Translations under genes and position numbers: made by a program
Origin: Eimeria praecox
Lineage: Eukaryota
Direction of reading: 5' to 3'
Assembly: GCA_963920595.1 (NCBI GenBank)
Contig: OY986946.1
Coordinates: forward strand, 8,618,001-8,682,000
DNA: 64,000 bases
Shown here: one piece after another, positions 46,379 to 59,800 of the stretch
Layout: the number at the start of each line of letters is the position of its first letter
Position numbering within the stretch: the first letter of the stretch is position 1
Notes under the pieces: generated by a model
The model's input: the letters and a program-made list of their open reading frames with translations, nothing else
The model's database searches: none
Told to the model about the DNA's origin: nothing

Positions 46379-47528
46379 GCAACGGGAGGCGCAGCTGCTG
46401 GGGCCGAGAGCTCAGGGGCAACGAGCATAGACAGCGCAAACAGCAGCACGGTTGACCCTCCAGTTTTCACCCCCCTCCTCAGCAAACAGCTGCTGCCCCG
46501 GTCAACGGTCAGCAGCAGCAACTGCTGCTGCAGCTGGTGAGGTACAGGCTCCGGTGGATCTACAGCCAGGCCGCAGGTGTTTGCAGTTTCTGCGGAACTC
46601 GAAGCTTACACACCGGCGTTGCTGTTGCTTCTGTACTAGCTGCTGCTGTTGCTGCTGCTGCGGTTGCTCCTGTGGTCGCTGCTGCTGATGTCAAGGATGA
46701 AGTCCGTGGAGCACACCGAAGGATTGCCGCAGGAACTGCAGCAGCGCAGAAGCTGTAGCAGCAGCAGGAGTTGCAGCCTGTGTGTCCTAATGTGACGAAA
46801 AAGGACAAGAAATCTCGAGAAAGACAGAAGAAATGATAGAGAGCAAGCACTTCGAGACGTCGATGCTTCTGCTGGTGCTGCAGCTGCAAGCCGCAGCCAG
46901 GCAGGTTTATAAGGGCAATGCAACTCAAGGAGAACAAAGGGACCACTAAACAAACAGCTAGTTTTCTTCATACAAAACTCTTCGAAGCCACTGCAACAAA
47001 CTCAATTTAGAGGAGTCACAGCAGCAGCAGCTCAGGCAGCAACAAGAGCTGCTGCTGCTGCTGCTGCTGCCTGGGGTCAAGGCGTCAGGGCCCTGTCTCC
47101 ATGTACTTTAACTGGGTCTTCTTGCATCTGCAGCTGTCAGAGCAGCAACACTAGCAGCAGTAATTGCTTCATATTGCTTGAACAAACCGTGTAGGCATCT
47201 TACTTTGCTGGCCTGTATTGTCTGTGTGGGCTGCTGCTGCGAGCCCCCTATTGGCCCTGCACAGCAGCACGGCAGCAACAGAATAAACTAGCGGCTCATC
47301 GTCTGCGCTGCTTCCATGAGCCGTATCTGTAGGCTCTCGCCCTCTCGTCATCGAAAGGCAGCCACTGAGCAGCAGCAGTGACGGAGACGGGAGCAGCATC
47401 TGCGGACCGGAGTAGCATCAGCAGCAGCAGCAGCAGCAACAGGAGCAGCAGGAACAGCAGGAAAATAAGCTTCAAAAACCGTAGCAGCTTGAGATCTTGT
47501 CTTTGCATATCTAAGGCGTTCTTCTGCA

Positions 47529-48551
47529 ATGGAAGCAACAGGACTTGGGGGCAGTATGCCCCTGTCTGTAGACCGAAGCGGTGATCTCCCCGCAACAGCA
47601 GCAGATGCTACAGTAGATGAGCCTTCTCCGCCTTTGCCTGTCTTTGCTTCGGGAGACCCCCAACTGGAGCAGCGGTTGTTTCAGACGTTTGCTGCTCTCA
47701 GAATGCCAAGAGATCCTCCTGCTGCTCCTTTGGCTGAGGCTGCTTCTGCAGCAGCTGCTGCTGCTGACAGTGAAAGCGTGCAATGCCAGCCCCTAACAAC
47801 TACTGCTGTATCACCTGCCGAGGGCCAGCTGGCTCCAAGGGAGACACCAGCAGCGCCTGCTGCTGCCGCCGCAAATCTGGCTGCAAGCGCAATGGAGGCG
47901 GATACAGCAAGAGCAGCAGCAACAGCAGCACCAGCAGCAGCACAAGCTGTACCTACAGTTGCCAGCAGCAGCAACAGCTGTAGTAGCAGGGTGGAGCCGG
48001 CAGCTTCCAATGAACAGCCGGCGAGCCAAACTTCAGCAGCAGCAGCAGCCGCTCCAGGAGAAACAGAGGCAGCAGAAGTAGCAACAGCCGCAGGAGTAGC
48101 GGCTGGAGCATCTGACTCTGCTGCAGCACTGCGTGGGCGTGGGGTGGAGGGGCAGCAAGTGGCGTTGCTGCGGCCCTCTGCTTCAGCGCGAGGGGAATCC
48201 CCTGGGGCTTGTAGTGAGGCAACGGACAGCACGCGGTGTACAGACACCTCAGAAGTTGTGCGGCCGCCGCCATTTGGAACGTGGAGGCATTATTCCTTAG
48301 CGGATGTCCCCGAAGAGTCAATGAGCGTTGCAGGCATGCGGAGGGCCTGCCAAGCTATGCTGCAGCAGCTTCGACGCGCTGGTGCTGCTGTAGGAACACC
48401 CACCCCAGATGCTGCTGTTGCTGCTCCTGCTTCTTCTGCTGATGCTCCGGCATCTTCCTCATCTCTTGCAGAGACTGCAGCAGGAACAGCAGGGGGTGAT
48501 GCAGAACCAGAGGACCCGCGAGTCCGCGTGGGGCCGAGGAGACGGGGCTGA
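47529..48551 (+). CDS. Ala-rich protein with TSSC4-like motifs (U5 snRNP-associated factor)
   Basis: ATG-initiated 340-aa ORF; WRHYSLADVPEESMS..RACQAML resembles the TSSC4 W-x-x-Y-S-L-x-D-V motif; N-terminal LEQRLFQTFAAL resembles the F..R...F..L motif. Confidence 0.55.
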   Translation: MEATGLGGSMPLSVDRSGDLPATAADATVDEPSPPLPVFASGDPQLEQRLFQTFAALRMPRDPPAAPLAEAASAAAAAADSESVQCQPLTTTAVSPAEGQLAPRETPAAPAAAAANLAASAMEADTARAAATAAPAAAQAVPTVASSSNSCSSRVEPAASNEQPASQTSAAAAAAPGETEAAEVATAAGVAAGASDSAAALRGRGVEGQQVALLRPSASARGESPGACSEATDSTRCTDTSEVVRPPPFGTWRHYSLADVPEESMSVAGMRRACQAMLQQLRRAGAAVGTPTPDAAVAAPASSADAPASSSSLAETAAGTAGGDAEPEDPRVRVGPRRRG

Positions 48552-49983
48552 GAGCCTTAAAGGGCAGCAGCGTTATGGTGAGACCGCCTCGCTGTTTGAT
48601 ACTGTGGGAAAGAAACAGTCTTGGGATGTCTGGATAGATTCTCTGTCTTCTTGGTTGCCGCTGAAGCTGCTGGGAGAAAGCAGACGCAGGACGTCGTTGC
48701 CTGTCTCCCGTCTCAACTCGCCCGACTCTTCAGGGCATTTTAGCTTCTTGCCTTCTGTGGGCACTCAAAGCTGCATGTGCATGCACGCAAAATAATTGTG
48801 CATGCATGCACATGAAGGGGGAAGCGAGCTGAACCCTCGGGCAGAACTCCACAATAAATTGGAATGCTCCCGTTAACTGTTTTCTGAGAAACTGTTTCCT
48901 CGGAGACTGTTCCCCGATGCAATGTCTCTCTGTGAAGTGTCTCTCCTCTCGAATTGTTTTCTCACGAAGTGTCTCCTACCAAAGTGCCCTTTATAGAGGC
49001 CGCCTCGCACTTCCTTGTGCATCTCCACCTGAACTGCCTCCTCTTTAGTTGTCCCATAATGAGGCCTACTTTGCTGAACTGCGTCCTTCTAAACTGTCTT
49101 CCGGGTAGCTCTCGCTTCACCCACTGCCCTGTTGTGTCCCGTGACAAACTGTCTCGAAATGTCTCCTGATATATAGGGCCGCCTGACGGCCAATTTGCCC
49201 TGTAGTAATGCTAGTCAGTAGCGTATCCCTCAGCAGGCTGCGCCCTAACAAGAAAGGTTGTAGCTAACACTGATTAGAGAGACTCGAACGCCTCCACAGG
49301 GACGGCTTGCTAGTATATTCTGTCCCACAGAAGGGTGCCCCATGAGGGACTGTCGCATAGTACTCTGTGTCGGGACTAAATAATAGGCTATCTCCCTGCA
49401 GACTGTCTTCAAAGAGCCCCGCCCCTGATACATTATCGTCTTGCACATTGATAGTCAACAGGCAATCATTTGGGGAGCTGCCCGCACGGAGGTGCCTGTT
49501 CCTAGATGGGCAAAAGGCAGAAGCGGCGCAGCGGGGGTCCACTGCGGTGGGCTTCCCGCTGTGTGAATGTATGGAGACATGGGATGTGTTGCAGATAGTT
49601 TGAGCTCGCATGTTTCAGTTAAAAGACGCTTGATTGGCTTAAGGGTTTATAAAGTCGTGTGGTTGGTGACGCAGCCGAAGTCGTTTCCGCCGAGCGGCTG
49701 TGACGGGAGATCCCCCGTGTTTCCCTTAAGGGTGAGGATCACCAACAATCCTCACTTGCTAGCCAAGCCAAACCGAAATGATACAGAGACAATACACTCA
49801 GCACAGTACGACAGGGGGAGCAGGAACCCAAGAAGAAATCGAGGAGGGGTCAGACAGAGGCATCCGGCCAGATCAAAAGAGCCGGAGGCACACAAATTCC
49901 CTTTTGCCGAACCCCCGCATCTCTCCCTCTTGAAGATGCTTCTGCAGCTTTAGTTGTCTGTAAACCTCTGTCATACGCACTCC

Positions 49984-52900
49984 TCAGCTTTCTGCCACAG
50001 GCCAGGCTGAGTTGTGGCTGGAAAGCCTGATAATGTCACCCTGCAACATTTTGGGGACTAAGGAGGACGGGTGTAGCGGCGTAAGTGTGTTCCGAGCAGC
50101 AGCGATGACAGGAGGCCAGATGATGTCTCCATAAGATATGGGTCGAGCCCGCAGCATAAAATATATATTTGTACTGCTGCGAGCTGCGGTGACTGCACCA
50201 GATTCAGCAACATCGTCTATCTCCGAAGACGCGACAGCATCAGCGCTCAATGGGGTTTGCTTGTGTGCCTGGAGTTCGCCTGAGCGAGGCAGTTTGCAGC
50301 GTGCCTTATTGCTGCAGCTGCCAGCGCCGCTGCTGCTGGTGTTGCTTCCGCTGTTGCGTCGTGTTTGTTTGTTGAGGGAAGTGATTGGCTCGAAGGAGAC
50401 ACCTGCGGCGAGAAGGTGTGGAGCTGTCGCCCGGAAGGCAAGGAGACACGTAGGGTAGGCGAGGAAGAGACAGACGGCGAGCCGAAGAAACGCATGGGTT
50501 CCAAAGACAAGCAGCCAAAGGAGGAGATATGATATGTAGAACACCAAAGTTGTTGGGAAGAGACAGACTGTGATTGTAAACAAAATACACCCGATCAGTA
50601 GCTGGTCCATCTGCAAGTCCGCCGAATCCACGCGACGCCGCAGCACATTCCACTTCTGTCCTCTGCAGGCAATCGCAGCCAAGCAAGGAAGGACACTGAC
50701 AAGCCCCGCGATCAATCAAAGACAACGGGAAACCCCACAAGTAACCAAGTAAAGCAAGGGGCACACCCACACAAGCAAGCAAAGTCTGAGAAAGCTGACA
50801 CACCCCACAAGCAAAATAGCAGGACGGCCAGCATAGCCTACAAGCACTAAGCAAACACCAAGCAGGCGCCGCCTCACACGAGACGAATCAAGGTCTACTC
50901 CTCGCTGTTTCATCTCCCCAGGCATAACAATGCATACACTCCACCCGCTCGCCCTCTCTTTTTTCCCTGTCTGCCGCTCTGCCTCCTCTCATCTCTCCAC
51001 CGTGTGACCAGTGTTCTTTTGGGTGGCGCCGGAATTGTCCCTTAACGCCCGCTAATCTTTGAAGGGCTTTGACGGCCCCTCAACCCTCAGCAACTACTTT
51101 AGGCGCAACAACTTTTTAAAGCTCAACTGCTACTCTACTTGTGAGTGCCTTGTAAAAGCCTCTCTCCTTTAGGGTTTGGGGCCCGCTCGCCATCCGTCAG
51201 TGTATGCCCTATTGAGGCAGCATTCGGGCAAACTTATGTTCACGTGAGGAGCGCAGAGGTTTTAGTTTTAAGGCCTTAATCACTAGGGCCTAGTTCACGT
51301 CAGCGCCATACACAGAACGCCCTAGGGGCACTACGAGACAGTGAAGGAGTGCAGGCGGGTGAAGTGGAAAAGAGTGCAACTCACCTAAAGAGAAGGAAGA
51401 GCGAGTGGAGACTCTTCAGATTCACGTGCAGCAGCCTCGCGCACACGAGGTACACATAAAAGATGTGCAACGTCCCTACCATCAAGAGATCTGCAGAGGC
51501 AGCAGCAAAAAATGACGCCGAAAGCCCCAGCCACCCCAAGCGGAAGGTCATCAGCACAGAACCAAGCCCCGTCTTCAGCCACAAGTGGCACGCGCTCCAC
51601 AAGCGGACAAACTCGCCCCATAAATCCCTTGCGCTGCTGCTACTGCTGCTACTGCTGCTGCTGGGGGCGGGGACGGATTGCTGGGGAGCAGCGAACTTGG
51701 TCGGGCTGGTGGGGGCTGAAGACTGTTCGCCTTCTTGTTGCCAAAGCAACGATCGCAGCATGTACGAGGCAGTTGCAACCGTCTCGTTGAGGGACTGGAG
51801 CAGGCCAGGTGGGTTGTGGGTCTTGGCGGTATTCTGTTTGTGGTGCTGTTGCAGCTCCAGCTGCAGCTGCTGCAGCTGCAACAGCAAGGCGCGTTTGCGT
51901 TGCTCGGCGGTGGTGACAGCAGAATGCAGGTAAGCGGTCAAATCGTTCCAGAGGTGGGAGGCGGTTAAGACAACAGAGCCTAGAACCCAAGTCAAGTTGG
52001 CGTTCAGCTTAAGGCCCGCAGGGAAGTCCATCAGCCACTGCACGTGGGCTGTTAACAAATCCGCATGCAGGAAACAGTAGCATCCGCTGAACAGCCGCAG
52101 CAGCAAAGTCGATGTGGGTTCCATCATCAGCTCCCGCCACGAAGGAGGCGCCCGAGACACCACCCCTCCCCCATCACGCACAACAGCTCCAGCTTCTCTA
52201 GATCCTAATCGTCCTGCGGCTGCTCTGGCTGCTGCTGGTGCTCCTCCTGATGATGCTGCAGCCGCGGTGCAGCCGGGAACCCTCGAACCCTCCTGAGCCT
52301 CCTGGTCCCTTCCCGCAGAGAAGCCTTCTTCACGCCGCTGCTGCTGCTGCTGCTCCATCTCATGTAGCAGCAAAAGCTGCTGCTGATCCTGCTCCTCCGT
52401 GTCTACGGCACCTTCTGACGCCTCAAGAGCCTCTAGCTGCTGCTGTTCCTGCTGCTCTGACGGGAACGGATACAGCTGGGGGGAAGCGGCCTCGCTGAGG
52501 GAGACTGGCCAAAGAGGCGGCAAGGCAGTTGGCTCTGGTGGAGGAGTCTTGAGGCGAGATAGGTAATCAGGGGAACAGGCATCTGCAGGGATACCCCGAT
52601 AGATGAGCACAGCCAGCAGCTGCGGTAGGAAAAGACCCAGCAGCACATCCACCAGCACAGCAACAATGCCACTGTACAGACACAACGCAGCAACAGACAA
52701 GCCTCCAGGCAAGGATGGCCGCTGCAGCCGAGGTTGAGGAGACACCAGAGCAGGCACGCGTTTGTCTCCCAGCTGCAGTGCCCCTGAAGCTGCTGCTGCT
52801 GCTGCCTGCTGCTCCTGCTGCTGCTGCTCCCGCCGCCTACAATCCTCCAGCGCAGCAGCAAACTTCCGCTTGCGACTCAGAGCCCCCGGCCACGACGCGC

Positions 52901-54473
52901 AAATCCGAAACCTCAAAACAATCTGCTGGAGTGAAGCGAAAAGCCACAGGTTGCTGCCAGGCGCGGAGAAGGGCCTCCACACCCGCAGTGTACATACACG
53001 TCGACACACCACACCCACACAATTCATCAACGAAAACAAAAGACAAGACAACAATTCACAGAGTGCAGCCAAACAGCCAACAAAACGGAAACGACAAGAA
53101 AAAGCCCTAGGCAAATCCTCCTCTCCCTCCCCCTGCTGCTCCTGCTGCGGGGTTACGCTGCACCGAGAGGCTCCACCACCGCTAGCCGCTACCGTTGCTA
53201 CAGACGCTCCTGCGGCAGGTGCTGCTGTTGCAGTTCCTGCTGCTACTGCTTGCTGGCGCAACTGCAGCTGCCTCCAGCAGTGCAGCTGCTGCTGGATGCT
53301 ACTGTAGACGGCCGCGGATACGTTGAGGAGCGCCAAATATGACTCAAAACCGCACAGCTGCTCGCCCTTGTCTCCCTGCTGCTGCAGAAGTAGCTGCTGC
53401 TGCTGCTCTTGCTTGCCGCCCGTGCCGATGTCCTGGGCCACTTGCTGCAGCAATGCCCGCGCTGCCGTTGGCTTTTGAACGAAGGCGGCAGCAGCACATG
53501 CCTGCGCTGCATCATAAGGAGCAGCAGCAAGCGTGCTGCTGCTCACCCATGACGGAAGCCTATACAAAAACACCATACAGCGAGGGGAAGCAGTAGCTGT
53601 CAATGGTGATGAGGCTTCTGCTGCTGCAGGAGGTCCTTCGCCTGCTGCTGTGTCTGCTTCCGAGTTCTGTGCAAAGCACTTGTCTGCATCAGCAGCGGCA
53701 TGCGTTCCTGCCGCTTCTGGCGAGACAATGCTGACAGGCACGGGAAGGCCGGAGGCCACTTCTAACCATAAATCCATCCAGATGGCTGTGGCTGTGTGAT
53801 GAGCCTGAAACCTAGAGTTGTCTTGTTCCTGATGCTGTTGCGGCTGCTTCTGCTGCTGGTGCAACTCCCGTTGCTGCTGCATGAACCCAAGCACCTCCTT
53901 CTGCGGGAAGGGGCAAGTGGCCTTCAAATTAGGGCCCCGCCACCATCCAATGACCTCAACAGGGTGCGGCAGCACGTGGTAGTCAAGGACAAGATCGCTT
54001 TCATCCCCGTTCCTGCTGATGCTGCTACTGTTGCTGCTACTGCTGTTACTGCTGGTGTTTGTGTCTTTGCAGCTACCGGCGCTGCTGCAGCTGCTGCTAC
54101 TGCTGTAGGTACCTTGTTCCGTTTTGCGGGAAACCGCGGACTTGAAAAGCCTCTCATTGAGCTGCTGTAGGAAGATGGCGACAAGGTGCAGCGGCAGCGG
54201 CGGGAGGAGGCTGCAAGCAACGGCTGTTCCGTCAGCGAGCCCCCAGCCCACGAGCCATCCCCTGTCCGCCTCGAGGAGTGTCAGGGGGTAAAAGAGCCGA
54301 AACAACGGAGAGCAAGCCATAGGCAGACTTGAAGTAGGCGGCCTGTCGCCCCCATCCCGACAGGGGGGGAAAGGGACCAAGGCCGCTCCACAGGCTCTCA
54401 AGGGATGCAGGGGGGCCTCTGAGGCAGCTGAAGAGCCCCCCTTTGCAGTCGCAGAGCAGACTGTCGGGTGCAT
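49984..54473 (-). CDS. PIGQ: GPI-GlcNAc transferase subunit Q (Gpi1), two exons 54473-51385 and 50662-49984
   Basis: WLMDFPAGLKLNANL and SLFLLFR|GQKWNVLRRRVDS..DQLLIGCILFTITVCLFPTTLVFY are Gpi1 signatures; GT-AG intron 51384-50663 joins them in frame. Confidence 0.92.
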
Positions 54474-56599
54474 GGCAGGCGAAGTGCTGCTGCTGCTGCT
54501 GCTGCTGCTACCTGCTGGGGTCACTCAGGGGGGATGGGTAGACAAGCGGAAGGCCAGACGTTCATTTCGATGCGTTCAAGATGTTTCCTAACAGAATAAA
54601 GAAAGTATCAATGCATTTATACTCTAGGCAGCAAAGGGACCACGCTGCTGCTGCTGCAGCTGCGGCGGCCGCAGATCGTTACTGTACATACGCCGAAAAA
54701 AATCACCTGCCTAGGCCTCCATCAAGCACAACTGCTTCCTATACAGCCCAGTCGAAAAGTACAAATGTCTCCCCAGGGCCTTTAAAAGAAACAGCTGTAA
54801 CAACCGCAGAAACGGACACAACAACAGAAGCAGCGGGAACGGACCCCGAAGCAACGCGGCCAACGGGGGGCCCTTGTCTTGAGGCTCTGTGGAATGTGCC
54901 TGCGGTGTGTTGCCTGCTGCACGCCACCGCATCAAAGAAGGCTAAGTAGGTGTTTAACGACTATCTACAGAATTTGTGCGCGTAGTCCACGGGTGCTTGC
55001 AGCATAGTGGGTGTGATGTTGGTCCTCCACCTCGGCTTGCTCGCACGCTGATTAGCTGATTGTGGAGGCCAAAATAAGTGTTTACCGACTGTCTACACTA
55101 CAGTCCACAACGTCACCGTACGTATCATAAGAAGGATTGGTTGCGCGTGTTTGTTGGGCTGCCTGGCAGCAAATGCTGAGAAAAGGGGCGCTGCTCATGA
55201 CAGGGGCCTCGTTACCGTATCGGCCCGAGGCCCTTAGGCCGGTGAGACCAGTTAACCTGGATGCTGATAGGGAGGACAGCTGCTTTGGGGAAGTATTTTC
55301 TGTAAGTCTTTGCCTCTATTGCAGCTCGCGAGCGTCGTCAGCTAAGATCGAGGACTCGTTGCAGGGCGTACTTCTGCTTGCACGTGGGGCTGCCTTGCAG
55401 CATTAGTTGCAGCACGGTGTATGGCAAGCCGCCCACTCGCCGAATGAGCCCCAGGCCTTCACGCTCCTACGCCCAGAACGCCTGAAAAATGGAAAGGAAG
55501 TTAGCTGGCTTTTGAAAGCTCCTTTCTCAAGTCTGACACTGCAAGGTGTATACGTGAGCTTAGCTACTGACCGTCACACGCTGGAAAAGATCAAATACTT
55601 GAGGAGTTCCCCCAAAGCACCTTCAATCCTCATTCTGCCCCCAGGCGCCCTGTGCACAGCGACCTAAAGACCTGGAGATGGTGCGAGTGGAAGCTTCCAG
55701 ACGTTAGCTGCAACGCATCTCGCGGTAACAAGTGCTGCCGAGTAACTTCACATGTAAGTGCAACCCACCTCCGCTAGCGGCATGCACTACCACTGCAGAC
55801 AATTGTTGAGCACGTGCATGGCCCTTAAATGGCAGCCTGCACGCAATTAGAAGTGCATACACCTACTCCGGAGAAGCCATGCTGCAAGGTGTCGATTGCA
55901 GCACAAGGTGATTTTCAGATAAGACCGATGATTGTTGTTGCAAATAAAGCCTCAACTTCTGTACCGAGGCGACTCCACGTGCGAGCATAACCAAATCCCC
56001 TTTTCTGCATGCGCTAACAGGGCACTGAATTGCTAAACGCGGTACCAGCTTCACACAGACTTGTCACGCCTGCACTCATTCTGCCCTCCAAACGGCACAC
56101 ACCCTCGCGTGACTGGATGCTCCACAAATGATGAGTCCACTGAAGAGTAAGAACGTGGCAGCGAAAGGATTCCGGAGCCCCCAAACACTGGAAAAATCAC
56201 GAGGTTGCACGGGCAACAGGAGCCGGCATATGCTGCTTCGACTGGCTGCAGCCGCTTCGCCTCGCATTGCTTCGCTGCAGGGGAGCTTCGTGGCCTTGCC
56301 AGTCGGCAGCTAAGGCTTTCTTTTTGTTACATCTGAGTAGGGGGCCGGTTGCCACCCTGACTTAAAATATGCAACGAGCCTGCATCAACGTCCAGCAGCA
56401 GCTCGCGCTCAACCCAGGGCTTTAGCCAACGTAAAAAGGGGATACAGCCCCAAATTGTGAAAAACAAAGCAATGATGTCGACTGCGGCGTCGAGGTAACT
56501 GTCGGTAGCGGGATAGACGCAGATCGCCGCTGAAACTAAGCGCCTTACAGCTCATACATACCCCAATTATACAAATGGCAAAGCCACTGTCTACACAAA

Positions 56600-59500
56600 G
56601 TCGTTTGGTTCCCAAATTGAAGATGCACCGCAGACGCCCACGCTTGTGGTCTCTGCCACTCAATCGGTGTGGGCATCCTGAAGCTCCTGAGAATTGTTTC
56701 CGGCAAGAGATCCTGGGTGTCCGTCTGTTTGTTGAATTCCTCGTGACTTGACGTGATATTCTCTTTTGTCGCTACCTTTGCGACTTGTTACGCGTGCAGA
56801 GAGGATCTCCCTCCCCCATATGCATCCCTCCTCGCAGCAGCACCTTTGCTTCCCTGGGGGGAAAGCTCGAAGAAATATCGGCATGTACTTGAACTGTTTT
56901 AGGAAGGTGCTAACAAACTTCCGGCTCCTGTCAGTGATGATACGCTTCAGAGAACCATGTAGCTTCTAGACATGATTAATTAGTGATTGGGCTGCTCGTT
57001 CTGCTCTAACTGAGCAGGGGATGTTGCGGGCATGCTTGCTCAGCCCGTCCACAACAACGGAAATGCAGCAGTCTCTAACTACCTGCTGACTGACCAATAT
57101 GAAATCCATCGAGATGCCCTTCCAGGTCAATTTGCGGGCTGAAACATTCTGCAAGAGCCCAGGTTCGAGAGTGTTCTGGGGCTTGTGCTGCTGGCATTCC
57201 GGGTAAGCAAGGGGACAGCATTTCGCTGAGGGGAGCATCCTTGGCCACCAAAAGAACCTGGCAACCCCGTTCATCGCTGTATTGGTGCATCCATCAGCTG
57301 CCACAACATAATCGTGCATTTTCCACGAAGTTTGTGCGAAGCGAGGCTGGAGCTTCTAATCACCGGAGTTCACGCTTCGTCTAGCGCCATAAGGGGCGCT
57401 TTGCCGAGCTTGTAATGCTTAGCCCGTCGCCCGCTGTTGATCTGAGCGAGGATTTGAGCCTCATGAGTACTTGGGGAATAAGGAAAAAACCAATTTATAG
57501 AGAAAATGGGAGTCATTGCATCTAAAGGCACCTATCCAACGCAGTGCCTGGCTGGCGGGGGTCGGGGAAAACGCGCCAGCGACCACTTTGATGATGCCTT
57601 TCATATGCTTGCCTGTGAAAGCGTACTACGTAGGCGACTAAAGCCACCTATCGGCTCCTTCACTTTCATAGGTTTGAAACATCTTCATCGGCTGTATCAC
57701 GGATAGATGACAAGCTTGAACAGTAATGTGTCTGCCATATAAGTAATGCAGGCACTAGTCCAAATCAGACCGCGTAGGGCTCCTTTTCACTGAACGGATA
57801 CTGTTCCACCCTTTCCGTGAAGTGATGTGATTAGACGACGATTATTTTGTGTATTGCTCAGTCAGTGGCCTGCTGTGAAAGAATCAGCCCAACTGCTATT
57901 TCACCGGTATTAGTAGTTACGAAACAGTACTTGCCGAAATCGGGTAGCGCGAGTACTAGAGCCGATGCCATTTGTGGCATGACGTTTCGGGTTGATTCGC
58001 CTTCTCCCGCAGCTCAAGTAAGATTCTTGCCCTTGTTACACAAATCCTTCAGATGCACGGCGATGCGAGCATATCCAGGAGTGAAGTTGAGGTAGGACTA
58101 CACAAGAGTGAAGAACTTCTGGACATCCAGTGCTGAAATCCCAAAGGAGGTAGGCTGTGCATGAAAAGTGAACACATTTGTGGTTTACAAGCCACATTCT
58201 TTATGCAGCGCCGATAGCGCATGCTGCAGCTGCCGCGCGCAACATTGCACGTCGTAGTTGAAGGGAAGCGAGTCATCATGGTGTAGAGCCATTCGCTCAG
58301 CATTGAATGTGCCCACCGGCAGTCTGGCACAGTATGCCACTGCAGTGTTGCAGCTGCATTCGTCAGCCACGAAGGCATGCAAATATACTAAAATCTGTGA
58401 GTATAAGTGCGAATTGCTGTCGTATGCGTGCCTCGAGGATGCATTGGAATTTGCCAAATTGCGTCAATAAAGTCAAGTGGCTGCATTTGCCTCCTGATTC
58501 GTATATCAAGCCGAGTAGCTCTTCGATCCGAAGCATCGGAAACCTTTGGTTCGCCCTGATCTTTTCTAGATGCTTGAATTGGGTGAGTTTCCCATGAGGG
58601 CTAGGGCTTTTTTCTAATTGCCTCTTTGGTTTGTCAGAAGAGGCTGCACAAAGTTTCGCTCTTCCAGCTTCTACCTTTTTCCATTCGCTGAAATTCTGGA
58701 AGCCAACAACTTGGCTCACCACACAAGGATAGTCAGCAAAACAGGTTCGTCCTTCCGTAAGTTATCTCAGGTTAAGGGATGGCAGATCCCCGTGCTGCTT
58801 CATCTTTTGCGTCCGTTTTACTCGTGGCAGGGGTAGCATCCACGGCCTCAGTATCCGTAGGTTCTTTATCCGGAATATCTGTACAGTCCCTGCCTTCCCT
58901 TTCAACTAGGGCGGCAGAATAGGAGTTATTCTCTTGTCAATATAAAGGTTTTCTATTCTTTCTGTAGGTCTGGCCAGGTCACGCCTTAAATCATTTCGTG
59001 CCTCTGTACCAGATACTGCATGCCACTCTTAAGGGGACAGCGCTGAATACCATTGCAGAGAGGGCTATCCTTATGGATGAGACTTCGACCGGTCGGCGCT
59101 GACGCCTACTTGGGCGTACCCTTGTGTAGCAGCTATGCATACTTGGCACCTTTTGGGTCTGGTTGAGTCTGAAGAGCCCAAATATGAGTGAGCTTAGCCG
59201 TAATGAGCATTTAAGCGCGTTTGGCCTTATCCAGCGCAGGGTGAAGATGCCAATGCAGCCAATAAGGGGGGTCGGACTCACCACCTTGGAGAAGGCAGGG
59301 AAAGGCAGAGGCCTGGCCTTCTCAATATTAGTGGGCATTTTCTCCAATCGTTCGCAGACCAGCCCACTTCATCTACTGACGGCAACTCAACAAGACCCAG
59401 CGGCCACGAATATTGGGACAAGCACGATGCCTTTTTAATGACTCCTTCAGGGGTTAATCTGTGCTTTTCCGGTGTCTTCCAACGCTGCTGCATCACTCCT

Positions 59501-59800
59501 CACATTCTGTACCGAGACTCCCCCGCTCTCCCGTAAGACTACCGTGAGCTGCGACAAACCGGAACACCAAAGATGCGAGCTTCCGAAGAGCAGTTGAATC
59601 CCCTCCCCACTGGAGGATTCCTTAGCACAGACGTAAAACGCCTGAGGCCAGTTTGGAAAGGAGGTGGCCTGTCCGGAGTTGCCGTACTTGCTGTAGCAAA
59701 AGCTGCTGCAGGGGAGATGCACATGCAAGCATAACCAAAATCTCTTTGGATGGAAACTCTAAAATCGGCGGCATCCGTTAAACACTTTTTCCGCTTTCAC
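56600..59800 (-). mobile_element. Decayed Ty3/gypsy (chromovirus-type) LTR retrotransposon pol remnant
   Basis: RT fragments RFPMLRIEELL and MPSWLTNAAATLQ (58300-58600); RT/RNase H linker LVLALPDFGK (~57930-57960); integrase FWWPRM..PECQQHK..GLLQ..WKGISMDFI..VVVDGLSKHA (56966-57319); many stops and frameshifts; ends not defined. Confidence 0.8.
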
